A stretch of 60,000 bases of DNA from Botryllus schlosseri (lineage: Eukaryota): positions 7,380,001 through 7,440,000 of the forward strand of contig CM119372.1 of assembly GCA_051294905.1 (NCBI GenBank), read 5' to 3'. The translations under genes were made by a program, and so were the position numbers. Below the pieces are notes generated by a model. The model did not search any database and was not told the origin of the DNA. It saw only the letters and a list, made by a program, of their open reading frames with translations. Shown piece after piece: positions 11,673 to 25,800 of this stretch. Each line of letters starts with the position of its first letter. Positions within the stretch are counted from its first letter, which is position 1.

Positions 11673-13957
11673 GAAAAAATATTATTTTTTGGTAATTAAC
11701 CGTCACTATCTCATATCCTAATACCAAAACATCCACTGAACAGAATGTCTTAACAATGAAGTTCACTGATGTCCATTTAGAAATACAATAAATACGCCGC
11801 AGAATATAGTTGAAAATTTTGACTCGACCCGCCAACATATTTTCTGCTTTTCATTTGACCCGCAGGAAAAATAATTGCCCACCCCTGGTCTACAGCAATC
11901 CCCAACTATACTTGCTTACAGCGTCAAATTATAATGACGGTAGGTTACTCTTGGTGCTTACTATAGCCTCCTACGTCCGACACGCGGCCAGAAAACTTGT
12001 CGAAAAGTTTGTTCGGCCATGGATGTCTCATTGACTTCAACTGCCATTGAAGTACATTACGTTAATAAATTCAATGAATGCTGCTTTGGTCTCAATGCCT
12101 TGTAATCTTAAAGTTTACGTTAAATACGATTCGTTCCGTTTTATTTAGTTTCATAAATAGCCTACACGATTAATGTATCGATTCAGGAATCCGGCACGCT
12201 AAGTAGCCTACATCATTTTTCCATATCAGGCCCGCCAACCACAGAAGTTACCCGCCCTTGATATGTAGCCTAGTGGTCGTCAAACGTTTGTGAAGTGGTG
12301 CACCCTTTGATCCTTGCACCCAATCATCACATACCAGTTGCCATATGCGATGAACAATGCTATTAACATAAAATAATTTAAATTCCCAAACATAAAGTTT
12401 ACCGCAGGTAGCCTACGGCATATGGCTATGTTTTGGCAGTGGTTATGAAGCACTGTGGCGATCCGTGTCGACTTTTCTTTCCGGTCCGCCAAATATTTTA
12501 CTATTTCAATTACAGCGAATGCCAGAAGTTTGAAAGTTTTTCATTAATTACAGAATTCATGGATAGCTAGAACTTCTAGATATCCCTGATAGAAATTAGA
12601 CAGCATTTTGACTGAGTTGCATTTAAAACAAACGGTGTTTTATAACACTTTGTTTGATCAGTGTTTTAAACAAGGTCTTTTAAAAAAAATGTTTTTTTTT
12701 TCAAGTTGTAAAATTATGCCATAATTGTGTAAATACTTTCCAAAACATATGTTGTATGAGCCTATACGGACAATTACCACCCGATATAGCCGACGTATAT
12801 CGATACGGAATGGTTGGAACCCTCAAAATAGTCGATTCAACATTAATAGTACTGATATATTCGTCGGAGGAGCTATATTTACCCTATATTTTCAATTGTC
12901 AATGTCAATTCATTATGACGTCACAACTGAATATTCGTGACGTCACGGCTCAAAAAACAATTAAAAACATGTTTTAAATTAGGGCTTTGTTTTATACATG
13001 TTTGTTTTAAGTTGATTTTTGTTTTAAATGCAACCCTAGTTGCATCACTGCATGTTTCATTTATTTTTAAATTTTTAACGTATTTTTCTGTATCGTGTCT
13101 TAATATAGACTTCATGGTCTACTATACCTGGACCGGGGCCTACGATATTCATGAACGTAGAACCTGGACTTAGCGTACCATCCCCGGGTACGACAGACGC
13201 GGGCGGTTTTGTCATTATTCCCCAACGCACAGGCGAGCCACGCAAGTTTTTCAAGGAAAGGATACTTATACTTCAAAGGAAGTGGCCGTAGTTCCTTGTG
13301 AGAGCAAGACACGACTTGAGTCATGACTTACACAGAGGCGGTATTTTCCGAAGGGGCACTCGGGTGAAAAACGGTATAGAAAAATGCTACAGCAATACTA
13401 TAATTTCTATTGCATGTTGTAGTTCAGTCCAGCATGGAATCGAGCGACTTGACTTGAGTCAAAATGTACATTGTACAATGACTCGAATCTCGAAAAGCAG
13501 TGACTTGATCCTGACACTGGTTACCAATAAATTCGGCATCGATGAATTTGTCATTAGAAATGTAGCAGCTATTATTACCATGAAAGCGATGCATCAGTAT
13601 TGTGTTAATTCGAATATGGCAGAATATGTACGGCACTTGGTTTATTTGTATTAATGTCTTCCGGTTAGGAATTACGAAAACCAGCCGCGAAGTGGAGAAT
13701 CCACTGTTAACTTCGGACGAGGGTGCAACCACTTTGGATTTTGATATCCGACGATTATTATTATTGATATCGCTGCGTAGCCGTCTCTAATATCCTTGGA
13801 AATTTCGCCGCCACATCTTTATGAAAGTGCGAATCCGAGCCGCACGACGGTCTGAAGCGACACCGTAAAGAATCGCTTCACGAAATTCACGTACTTACCA
13901 TCCCTACTTCCCGCACAATCAAGGTCGCACTTCGTGATTATGTCGGGCAACCGTAAA

Positions 13958-14204
13958 CGGTCCGTGGACATATGAGCATGCGACATTACAGCATGCGAGA
14001 TTTCGGCATGCGACACACGAGAATGTGGGTTAAATTGCGGGTTAGGGTTGGATTTATGGTTGGGTTAGGCTTTAGGTTAGGTTAGGTTCTATGTTTCGGG
14101 TTAGGGTAAGTTTTTGGGTTATACAGTCAGTCAGTCACATGCTGATGTGTTCCATGCTGAACTGTCGTTTTCCATTGTGTCGCATGCTCATATGTCGGGC
14201 AACC
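13958..14204. mobile_element. Small MITE-like element with telomere-like GGTTAG core
   Basis: 19-bp inverted repeat gacatatgagcatgcgaca (13967-13985 / 14178-14196) around degenerate GGTTA(G) repeats. Confidence 0.7.
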
Positions 14205-16367
14205 AGCGTAAACAACACATACCACAAAGTTCATCGCTTCCCATAACACACCGCCATTGTTTATCATCCGCATCGCACGCGACTGGTGCCCTGCAGCTAC
14301 TGAGACCAGCTGCCAATACCGCAAAAGTCGCGCAGTCCTACACCGCAAACACGCGACAGACACCTATCCTCGCGTCAGGCAAACAACTCCGCACGTAAAA
14401 TAATAGGGAAAATTGTATTGGACAACAAAGAAGCGATAACGCACCGGAAAAACAACTACACTCAAAGTAACCGAGTTTGATCGTCAATCACGCCGCAAAC
14501 CCGATCGTTCAGCGAGTTTACGCGCGGGGCTAATCAAGTCTCCGGACGCAGAAACACGAGACATAACACACACACAAATGAAATCACGTGTACATTGCAA
14601 ATAACAAACGAGGAAAATAATGCTTTCCGACGGACGGTAAAAACTCGCCGATCGCATGAAATTACAAAAAAAACCTAATCGACTTATACTGTGAAGATTT
14701 TGAAAATTCAAAGTGATGAGACTGTAGCGGGCCGGACAAAGAAATATCAGTGTTCGCACAATGATAAAACAAGCCCGGACCCAACATAGCATTTGCGATT
14801 TGAGCGCAAAAGCTCGTGTGGACATGTAAAGATTTTGCCGTTTCAACGAACTCAGTATCGACACCGTAAGTCCTTACCAGCTCATCGCCAGTACGAAAGG
14901 AATACAAGGGCGTAACATTATCCACGCCTACGATATAACAGCAGTTCTCAATCCATGCTATCACAGTGAGTATCGATTCGTTTCGGTTTATGGTAAACCT
15001 CTTCCCGGAGCGTGAAATAAAGACACACGACAGACATCGTAACCATACCGCAACACTTGCGTACCTGGACGTTATCGAGATACACACGCTGTCATTAAGC
15101 CGTCGCGTCGAACACTACCAGCAATTAGCGAAGGAGTAAAACTGTCCGCGACCGCAGACGATAGAAATAATAAATTAGGCGAACAAACACAACTATACGC
15201 GGAGTAGCTTTTGAAAAAGTGATCGCGCACACTGGGAATCTCTTCGTACGGACGTTAACAAAAGAGCGAAAGTAAAACATGAGAAAGAAAGAGCGTAAAG
15301 AAGACACCGTCTTTCCGTCTCAGACGACGAAAATCAGTCGGACGCCCAGCAGCGGAGTCGCAGCCAAGACCGCGCACGCTTCCAGCCGCCGGGGACATAT
15401 TGTAGCCGCGCGCCCGCCACAAATATTCGGAAAACGGGACGGGCCGTGCGCGCGCTTTGCTACTTTTGGCACAAGACTGCAAAGGCGTCGACTGCCCGAG
15501 ACGGGGAAAAATTCGCAGTTCTCGTGAGCGACGAGAGATAAATAGACGAGGAGTACGCGCGCGTAGCCGACGCGCCGATAACGTTAATAATCGTACACTT
15601 TTTTTATTCATTTTTAAACATTTTCAAATCGGAAAAGAGAAGGATGAAACCAGAAAAGCTAATCGAGAGAAAAAAAGAAAGAATAAACCCACAGAAACCG
15701 AACGCGCGCGCGCGCGCCGTAATCCATCCCGCGACACGATCCAAAACCGCGCGTCAACAAACGGAGATGAGCGCTGATTTGAAACAACCGGATTTGATGA
15801 TTTTCACCCATTCGGAGCAGATTTGAAGCCGATTCGAAGATGCATTCGGATTTACAGTAAGACACGAAATTTCTTGAAACTTTCCATTTCCATTCAGACT
15901 TATTCCGTCTGTGACTGTCAATTGGAAATTAAATTATACGGCAGGGTACATACGCGTGCTATATCTGTATTGAATTTATTTGGGATTCAGATTAACATTA
16001 TTTGCCAATGTACGTGAATACAGACTTTGTAAAGTGTAACGTCGTCGCGGACGTGACACACAATCACTTCCCGATTAGAACTCGGACACACATTTGAATC
16101 TTGAATCCTGAACGAGATTCCCGTTCTAAAGCATCAAATCAGCTCATCTCCGCCGCAAAAACACGTAAAAAGACGGACACCAATCGTTTTCGAGATCGGG
16201 AATAGCGCGCAAAGCCAGTCTCGTTCAATTCGAAAGAGATACGCGCGTTCGGCCACATGATTCGGAAAGCGCGCGCGCGACTCAATCAATGATCAAATCG
16301 CGCGCCGCAAGTCAGAAAACGCGCGTAGCAATCAAGGCATCAGCCGCGCAGAGCTCGAAATAGAAAC

Positions 16368-16834
16368 CTATCTCTTCCTTTGCGCCGCGTCCCCCGCGCC
16401 CAGAGGCTGCCTGTCGTTATTAAATCCGTTGACCTTATCGCGCCCACTCCCGTAGCGTCCGCCGCCACGTCCGTACCCTCCACGTCCTCGGCCCCTACCG
16501 CGACCCCCTCGTCCGCGACTGCTCGGGTGGGGTCCGCCGTGGTCGCGGTCGCCCCTATGGCTTCTCTTGTTTGGACCCGCGCTTTCCCAGGGTTTTTCGT
16601 CGCCCTCAGATTCGTCGCTCGGGGCGCTTTTTTCATCCGGGCCCGCCTCGCCGTTCACGGCGGACGCTTCGGGGTGTTTCTGGGTCTGTTGCGGGCGCGG
16701 TTCCGCGGCCGAGGCTTCCTCGGCGGCTGCAGTGTCTGTGCCGAGTTCGGTTTTGTCAGTCTCGCTCATGGCCGCGGGTCTGCCGGCCGTTTTCTTCCGG
16801 AGCATCTCGGCGTACGACAGTTTTTTCCCGGCGT
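16368..16834 (-). CDS. LARP4: LARP4 terminal exon with KLSYAEML motif and RGG tract
   Basis: ttttctacag acceptor; LARP4 KLSYAE motif; stop TAG at 16368-16370. Confidence 0.92.
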
Positions 16835-19800
16835 CTGTAGAAAAAAACAACACGTCTCGTCGTATTATCAGTGTTGCGCGCGTCCAATTAGGCGATCAGC
16901 GACAAGCGTGTTGCCAATAAGCGAGTTTCGTCTGCGCACAATGTTAACGCGGCGCGGTATCCCGCCGAGATGATCGCGAAATTAGGCAATTGATGGCCGT
17001 GAACTGGGCAATCGTCGCTGGCCTGATTTACCGCGTCTCCAATAATCCTAGTTCAGCTGGCTTGAAGAATCGCATCTGCGATAGGCCCGGTGCGCACTAT
17101 GCCATCGCTGGCATGCACATTTGCTCAATCGCATCGGCATTGGCACGGTGCGCACGATATCATCGCTAGCTCAACTATCGCGTCTAAGGCCTAGCATGCT
17201 TCGTCTCCTATCTCTCGATGGCTTGAAGACAATGCGGTTAAGTGTATCCTTATGTGCGATTGTGATTAAAGACATCGCGAAACTGAAGGACATCGAATGT
17301 CTGCAAATAGTCCGTGCGTACAGTACAATCACGCGTAATTGATTTCCGTTAATCCTTAAACTTAACCCTCCTCAGAAGATGTGTGCCAAGTCGAGGCTTG
17401 AGTTATAAAAGACGAGAACGGTCTGAGCCACCTGAAATCGGTGTCATTATAGAACAGATTCGACAACAACTCGGGACATTTTGACTCACGCAAATCGTCG
17501 CCGAGGCTACGTAATACGCGTCGATGAGCGCGCGCGTTTTTAATTGTTCACTAGAGATCAGGAACTCGCTAATTGACAGCACTTCCGGACGGGTTGGCAA
17601 TCTTATCATACCCGCAAGTTCGTCAACACGAGGAGATTGTATAATGTATAATCATCATTTACGCATGGAGTTAACCCTAATGAATTGATGCTATATTAGT
17701 AAAATCGGCCCCGCTCTCTTTTTTTATTTCGGAAAGAACTGTAGCTAGCTATAATTCCAATACTAATCTAGCTCGGAAAAGCTGAACATTTCCTAATTGT
17801 CTTACCAGTGTCGGCAGTGGGCACAGTGTTCTTCTCGTTCGCGCTCCCCTTGGAAGGTTCCGCCACGGTCTGTAACAACAACGATTAGTTTGCAGGGAGA
17901 TTACATTACATTAGAGAGCACCGAGATAAACTTTGTACAGACGCATGAGAGGATGTTGTTCAACCTTGTACAATAAGCCGGGTTAAAAAGGTACGTTTTT
18001 CTCAACTTTCACTGGCTGCTTCATAAAATTGTTGGATTGCCTAAAACAACGATGCACACGAAATTTAGTTCAATTCCAACCTTTACAAGCTTTGCTAGTC
18101 AAGAATAAAGTCTTGGATTCATTACATAACAATAAAAAAAAAATTCAAATTTCACTGCCTACTACATGAAATTGTTAGGTTGTTTAAAAACGTACATAAA
18201 ATTTTGACCAGTGAAAAAGGAGCTATTGCAGTAGAAAATCTTGGATTCCAAAAATATAGCATTTAAGGTGGCAAATTCTTTCATTATTTGTTATAAATTT
18301 AGCCACTGTCAAACTAATATTTTATTTTCGAACAGTCCTATCGTACAGAGTTCGTACGAGGTTCTGATTTATTTTTTTTATAATTCTGTCATTTCCAAAC
18401 GCCACGAGACTGGCGCTACAGCAGTCTTCCAGTCAGACAACCCCCTCGACCTGGAACTTGTGAATGAGAGGCTAGCAGAAGATAACGCGAAATGACAAGC
18501 ATGTGGTGTCACGTGTCGGTCGGCAGGTAGGCTGCGTCCAACTAACTTTTTTTAGCACGGGCCCTAAATTAATTTGGGTGGTCGCGTGGGTCCCTGAAAT
18601 TCAAGGTACTCACACAAAATTTGAGTAAAAATTTGAAAATCACCCTATCCCAGTGGTTCTCAAATACTTTTTTACCGCAGACCGCTAAATTTTTTGGGCA
18701 GTTGCATGGACCTCTTAAATTCCAATGTACTTCCACAAAATTCCGACTAAAAGTTTGGGAAGTTGATCACCAGAAGCAAAAACGGTCATCATTTCCCTCA
18801 ACGGCACCTCATTTACGTATGAACTAGCTGCTCTCCTCAAGGTCAACTCAGATAAAAACAAGCACATATTTAATAAATAAAAGACAATGCGCTTTTATAG
18901 TTGTAATTTCGACAAATTGCTTAAAACTGGTCCCTCGACATGGTAAATAAAGTCAAAAATAAGCACAGATTTTATAAATAAAGGACAAAGTTTAAGTTAG
19001 ATAGGTTACCGTTGTAGTTTCAACATTAGGCTTTCATGGAACGTTTAAAACTAGTTCCTTGTCACAATCAATCAAGTCAAAAATACGCACAGACCTTAAT
19101 ATATATATAGACAAGGTTCAAGTTTTATAGTTTACTGTCGTAGTTTCAGCAGTTAGCTTCCACGGAATGCCTAAAACTAATACACACACCCCAGTGTAAG
19201 TAAGAGACTTTCCCTATCCCATCCACAAACCGCCCCGAAACCACACTGACCTTCTGGGGGCTGTCGCTATTCCCCTTCGATTGCTTCTGTTGCGATTTCG
19301 CGGGCTTCTCCGCCTTTTCGGTATTGCGTTTTTCGGCGGGCGGTGGCGCCGCCGGCCTCCGCTGGTCCGGCGTCTTTGAACTTTTGAGCGCCGGCTTCGC
19401 CGGGGCATTTGCCGGTGGCGGGCCGGCCGGTTTCTTCTCGACCGGACACTCCGTTTTTGTTGCTGGCTCTGAAAGGCGGCGGGGGCGAGTGACAAATAGC
19501 AACAGCGACTTATACTCATAGCTGGGGCTGAATTGAGTGTTTCGAGTACTTAAATCAGGTATTAATCGACAATGATTTGAGTTGTGAGCACACCCCTTTG
19601 CGCTAACTGTTGTAATATCGACGAGATTGATAGTTTGTATACTGTTTTAGACACCGTGGAATCCCTGAAACCTTGATTGATACTCGTGTATTGATGCGAA
19701 CAATTCCAGTCGAGTAGCGTCAGACGTTTTTTCAAGTACTAACATCATAGTCTCTTCGCCGCAAACAGTAGATGTATCAACGAGAATTATAGTTTGAATA

Positions 19801-22800
19801 CCATTTTCCGTCGTGAAAGCAGTGAAATATCGCACGTTGGTTGGAACGATTATGTGTCAAATCGCGGTCGACAATGAAATAAGTCTCATTTCTCTTCTAA
19901 TGCGAGACTTAAAAGTGTTATATTTCAACTTTAAAAGTCCATACTGTTATGACGACGCGAGTGACACTGCACTTCTCCATTTCACCCCACTCTACACGAC
20001 ACTATGGAATTAAAAAGAAAATAAATATTATAATTAAAATTCAAGCTTGAATCACAAGTCAAATCAAAACCACGATAGAACAGGTAATTCTAACGTCATC
20101 GGTCATCGTATTACAATTCACAGATTAAAAACTGGGACCAGACAGCCGGCACCATACGTCAAGTAAGAGGACAGAAACGCGTCCATCAGCGAGGTGAGAT
20201 TTTCCACCGCAAAAACTCGCAGAGATTACAAAAAATGCGACAGATTAAGATAAAGCCTGACCGGCACTCCGTCAACGCCACAAGCGGTTATACATCAACA
20301 AACATTTCTCCAATATACATCAACAAACATGATCACAAGGTTTACAAGTGCGCGCGACACGGTAATCGGCAATGAGCGATGTTTTCAAATGTTGGCTGTC
20401 GGGCAGAGCAGCATACCGTTCGTTGCAACACCAGATAGAGATCTTACTGCTTTGTTGACCGGGAACGTTAACAACAAACAACTTGAGTACGGCACGTAAA
20501 AATATAGAGGTGGACACGACGATTTGAGCACACGAATCCGAATTGAGTTTTAATTCTAACAATTCAAGACGAGTAAGGGAGATTGTTTTTGGAGCATTGA
20601 AATTACACACTCCCGGTCAATAGCAGTTAATTTGTCAACTAGAACTACGTTTTCAAGAGCTTCTCGTAGGTACAGAACTTCGATATACAATTATTAGTGT
20701 ATTTATATTAAAATAAACCCGAATATTTTTGACAGACACTCGTCAGGGACAATGGTCAGCAACTAGTATGCATATATATTCTATATCAATGGGCCTCAAC
20801 CTTTTTGTCTTCGCGGACCCCCTTTGGACCGCCACGGACCCAACCCGGTCCCCCTCAAGTTTTCGTTCCAAATTAGCTTAATTATCGTGCAACCCTCATC
20901 TGTCTCATGCAAATATCGATTGTAGGCTAGTGATAAACAGCCACGAAATGACTCTTGAAAATAAAATCACAATATACGTAGAAATTGGGCAGACTTATAT
21001 TATTTTGAAACGAATTTTGCAGCTGTATTTACGAAATCAAAACATCTCATTTCAACTAGCTAGCCACTAAGATTTTTCAAGAAGTCAACTCAAATTTTAA
21101 AATATAGCATGTCACACTTCAAACTGGACATCATGTTATCTGATTCTATATCAGTCCGTGGGAAGCCTGGCAGTGCGCATAGCCCACACCACTGTACTTT
21201 TCCGTGTCAACAAGGCATCAAAAGTTTGCTGCAGTCTGGTGGGCTTTGAGGTGAAGGTCATTTTGCGGTGTTACAATTTCAATCTTCAACTGTTCAGCAT
21301 CCCGACACGACAGATTTCATTATACCGGACAGCAGCAACGATTACACAAAGTTAGAAACAAGGCACTGAACTGCATTGAGTGTAAGAGAGACAAGCCGTG
21401 TCAAAAGACGCAATACGTAATGGGCATACAGATATTGAAAATCTGCTAGTACTTCACGGCTATCTGCTACCAAATAGTGGTGTTGTTTACTACTTTGGCA
21501 TTGTCTTGGCTGTCGAGCTACCATAACGGAACCCTCGCCATTTCAAGAAGACCGTGGATGGCATTCCGTCATATGGCCTGTATATGCAGTGCGCCATATC
21601 CTACGTCTTCAATATCTTGTGATTCTATCACTTGTTGGCATAATACAAATTGTAATTGAGGATATTTGATATCATCATTTCAAGTGCTTCCATGCATGTA
21701 TTGTCATTTGTAAGTTACATGTCAGTGTGATTTAAACAAGAATAGCTAAATCAATCATTCTATATATTTAAAAGCTTACTGGTAATAATCTGACGAATAT
21801 TGGTAAATGCTGCTATTCGATCTGTTTCTAGAACGGGCACCATGTTGTTGACCCCTGCTATATTCTACTCAATTATGGTTTCCACTGTGTTAGGCTGTAA
21901 ACTCCGATTGGTTGTGTTGTAGCATGCGTGGAAGCATCTGTGAAATCGTGATCAACCCACAGCATCGTCAAAAAGTGCAATGAAATAAGTATAACAATAT
22001 GGTTGAAATAAATACCCAATCATTTTTATTGTGATGTAGAACACTATATTGTATTCTTTGTGGTCGCATGAAAGGTACATATTTGAACTTTACAGTTTGT
22101 TCATAGTGTTGTGACGTCGTATGCATTATACTCGAACACTCGACTCACAGTCAAAATCACTATTCACGAAGGAATCAGTCAGTTACAAGATTTTTCCCAA
22201 CCCTAAAGAAATACTCAAAAACCAAAAACACGTCCGCGATAACATCAGCGCGCAGTTACCCGCAACGAACGCCACCATACCTCTGTGTTCCGGTTGCATA
22301 GGTTGTTCTTTCTCGTTGACGGGATGGGGGCTGACGGGGGACGGTTGCGTGGGCGGCAGATTGGGCACGATCTGGGCCGCGGGCTCCAAATTCATTTTCA
22401 GCGAGTTTTTGTAAGACTGTAAACAGAGAAGGGTATGAGATTACGATACGACGACGGCCGCAGTGGCCATGCATATGTAAATAAAAGTTTCGATTTGCTC
22501 CACGGAAAGGTTCAGTCGACATAGGTTGATGTATTGACTCTTGGGACTGACAACAAAAAGGTTTCTGCGACTGAAAACATAACGTCCTTCTGGGATTGTA
22601 GTTTGTCACGATGCATTCGACGATAACACAAATAACACCGCAGCGAGCATGAACGATTCTTACTCCAACCTTGGGCTGATAAAATCGTACAACATGCCTT
22701 ATAAGCTAGGCGGATACGTCCGCAGAAAACTGTGATATCGGTGTCATGTATTGTATACGGACGTACACCTGTGAGATTGGGACAGTGTTAGAGAAACATT

Positions 22801-25800
22801 CGGCATCAGCGTGTTCTATTTGAAACGAAAAATTCAACTGCAGCCACTAAAGTCATACAAGTTGTGACCACGGTAACAAGACACAACCGACATAGCACAA
22901 AAACACGCTCGGTTGTACAAATTGCCGGAAATATAGCACCCAAAACACAACCCAACCTAAACTTCACCCCGTCTCGTCGAAATGAACCGTTTACGTAAGC
23001 GCGCGCAAAAGCTGCGATACCATCCCGATTCAAGGTAAAAAATATGACCCCGCACCAGAGCAGGGGAGAGATGAAAAACAGGAAAAGGAGCATTTATGAA
23101 AAGTCAGACTGATTCAGTGAGTACAATGATGCATTTTCGTTGTCCTGTATCAAAGAATTCACAATTTGGAAGAAGCATACTGATCAACAAAGACCACAAA
23201 ATTGTTGCAGTCCAGTGGCCCAACAATATCAGTTTTGATAGTGGCATACAACGCATTACCAAAGAGATATATAATCTGATGAATTATCTCAGTTCTAAGT
23301 AAGCATAGGCTCAACTGATTAGTTTTGCTCCTAACATCACGACCCCCATAAAAGAAAACAGTACAGAAACCTTCGGCCTACCTCGGTTACTGGTGGTTTT
23401 TTAACAGAAGTTTCCGCAGGCGCCTGAATCGGATTCGTACCGGCCTGAAAAGGAACAGGTGGTCAGACAGTAGCCAATGAAACAACAGTCCATATCAGAC
23501 CAATATTACACAAGGAAAATATCACGCAACAACACCTAACCGTCTTCAGGAATCCACCATAATTTCATGGGATGATCAAAACGCCGCAATGCAGCGTGTG
23601 GACAATCTATTTCATTTTGAGAGAGGGCGACAGTCATTTCAAACACCTGCGTATTTTTAGTCAATCTACCCGGGCCTTGAGGTTGTTTGTTGCTTTTGAG
23701 TAAATGATTTATCGTAACATACCGACTTGTTGATAAAATGGGATTTTCAAATATTACATAAGCTATTCAGGACCCGTTGCATAACAGAAAACCCATGCAT
23801 GGTAAGGAAAAATGATTCGTGGGTAAATAACCCATTGCTTTGAGTTTGGCAACTAAAATTCAGTTTAAAACCTAATCTATCATCCTGCGATGTTTCAGGT
23901 TCGGAAATTTGAAAATGCCGCTCACAGCATAATTCTGTGACGCCCGCTGGGAAGTAAGACTAAGTCGCTCGTTTTCATCACCATTCAATTATTGTTACAC
24001 GTCACCTTGTTCTAGGTACGTACACGTACATTTTAGGCCCTGCACCCCATTTCCCAGCCTTTCAATAGATGCGGTCACTGTTCCCGCTAGTGGGTCCTCC
24101 CGACATCATGTCAACACTGAGGGATTCGTGGGGTCACAACATTTAGGTCTCCTGATTACTGTTGTCGTGGCAAGTGTTGTACTATCTTCGTGGGGATGTC
24201 CAGACATTGAAAACAGAACCGTTTCAATTTTCTGGCATCGTCCAACCAGCCAAGCTGCCAATCACCACAGCCAGACGCGTAGCCAGAGGGGGGGTTTGGG
24301 GGTCGAAACCCCTGCATTTTGAAACTCCCTCCTTAACCGTTTGGCACCGGCGTGTCTATTTTTCGACATGCCGGTACGAGAGAAGAGTACCGTAATTGAA
24401 ACCACGACATATTACATATCAATCGTGCTAGGTCGTTGCTGTTCATTTCTGTGAATAGATATTGTTCGTACAAGTTCATTGATACCTTGCTATTTGATAT
24501 TTATTATATCGAAGACGTCAAAATCGTTTATCAAACACCGTAGATAAATATGTTGCAAAATCACTGTGTCGGCAATTCGTCATTGACCAGTGACCACTCT
24601 CAGATAACGTTCTGTATGTTTCGTTCTAGCCGTCTTCGGGCATAGTTGTTTCATTATGTGAATAGCTAGTGTCCATACAAGTCCACACGTATCTTCATAT
24701 CTGATATTAGTTACATCTAAGCTGATCAAAAGCTAGGTGATAGGCCGAGTGACAAAAATATCCGCCGAAGTATCATTTCGCAGACACGGGCCTAGCATGG
24801 TTTTGCTCCTATCTCTCGATGGCTTGGAGACAATGCCGTTAAGTGTGTGCTGATTAGCCATTGTGATTAAAGAGTGACATCACAAAACTGAATGACATCG
24901 CATGTCCGCAAACATGTGCTAAGTTATAAAAGTGGACAGGTTTGAACCACCTGAAATTGGCGTCATAACAGCACATATTCCATAAAAACTGAGACATTTA
25001 GACTTGCGCAAATCGTCGCCAAGGTATCGTAAGACACGCGCGTATTCAATTGTTCACTAGAGATCAGGGAGTCGCTAATTAACAGCACTTCCGAACTCGT
25101 CGACAAGCTTATCATACGCGTACAATCGTCAACACGGGGAGATTGTATAATCGTCAGTTATGCATGTACTTGACCCAAATGAATTGATACTGTATTGGTA
25201 CTATATTGAAACCCCTCCCTTTTATTTCAAAATCCCCTACACGCCTTACCACAGCCATTCGGATGACACAAGAAAATGAAATAGAGTGCCATAATTACGG
25301 CTTTGACTACAATATCATTACAGCCACCATGAAATTCTTCAATTCTTTATTCAATAAGTAATTTGTGGAGTCAGCCTAGAGCTCAAGTCATACAAGCTTT
25401 ATTACCTCATGGGCCGTATGAGGAATTGTAAATGAATAGGATTTACTAGCACCAATAATGGAATGGCTTTAGAATAGCGATGTACGTTGCAGTTGAGAAA
25501 CACCGAGATAAATCTTACGTTGGACGCGGCGGCGGCCCCGGGCAGCGGCGGGAAGGACGTTTGCTCTAAGTTGAAAGTTTCCACCGGATATTGGTCGGCA
25601 CCGTTTCCGACCGGAGCCGGCGGAGGAGACGGCCTCGCGGACTGCAAAATAAAGAAAACGGTCGCAAACGAAGACTTCAGCGTTGGCGGGCGTGTGGGTA
25701 CTCACACTACTACGCGAGTCTCCGTTTCTTCGGTGCCTGGGAAGGCGTTTAGAAGCCATGCCAGTACGATAGCTGAAAAAAAGCACGGATACCAATGACT

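Noticed and set aside
14028..14120. True telomere or interstitial telomeric array
   Set aside because: The repeats are degenerate, short and enclosed by MITE inverted repeats.
16380..16973. 197-aa + strand ORF and other overlapping ORFs
   Set aside because: Antisense shadows of the GC-rich LARP4 terminal exon.
21150..21660. Possible decayed transposase inside the 20790-21857 repeat
   Set aside because: It looks like eroded coding DNA, but I could not support any motif, and the flanks give no matching TSD.
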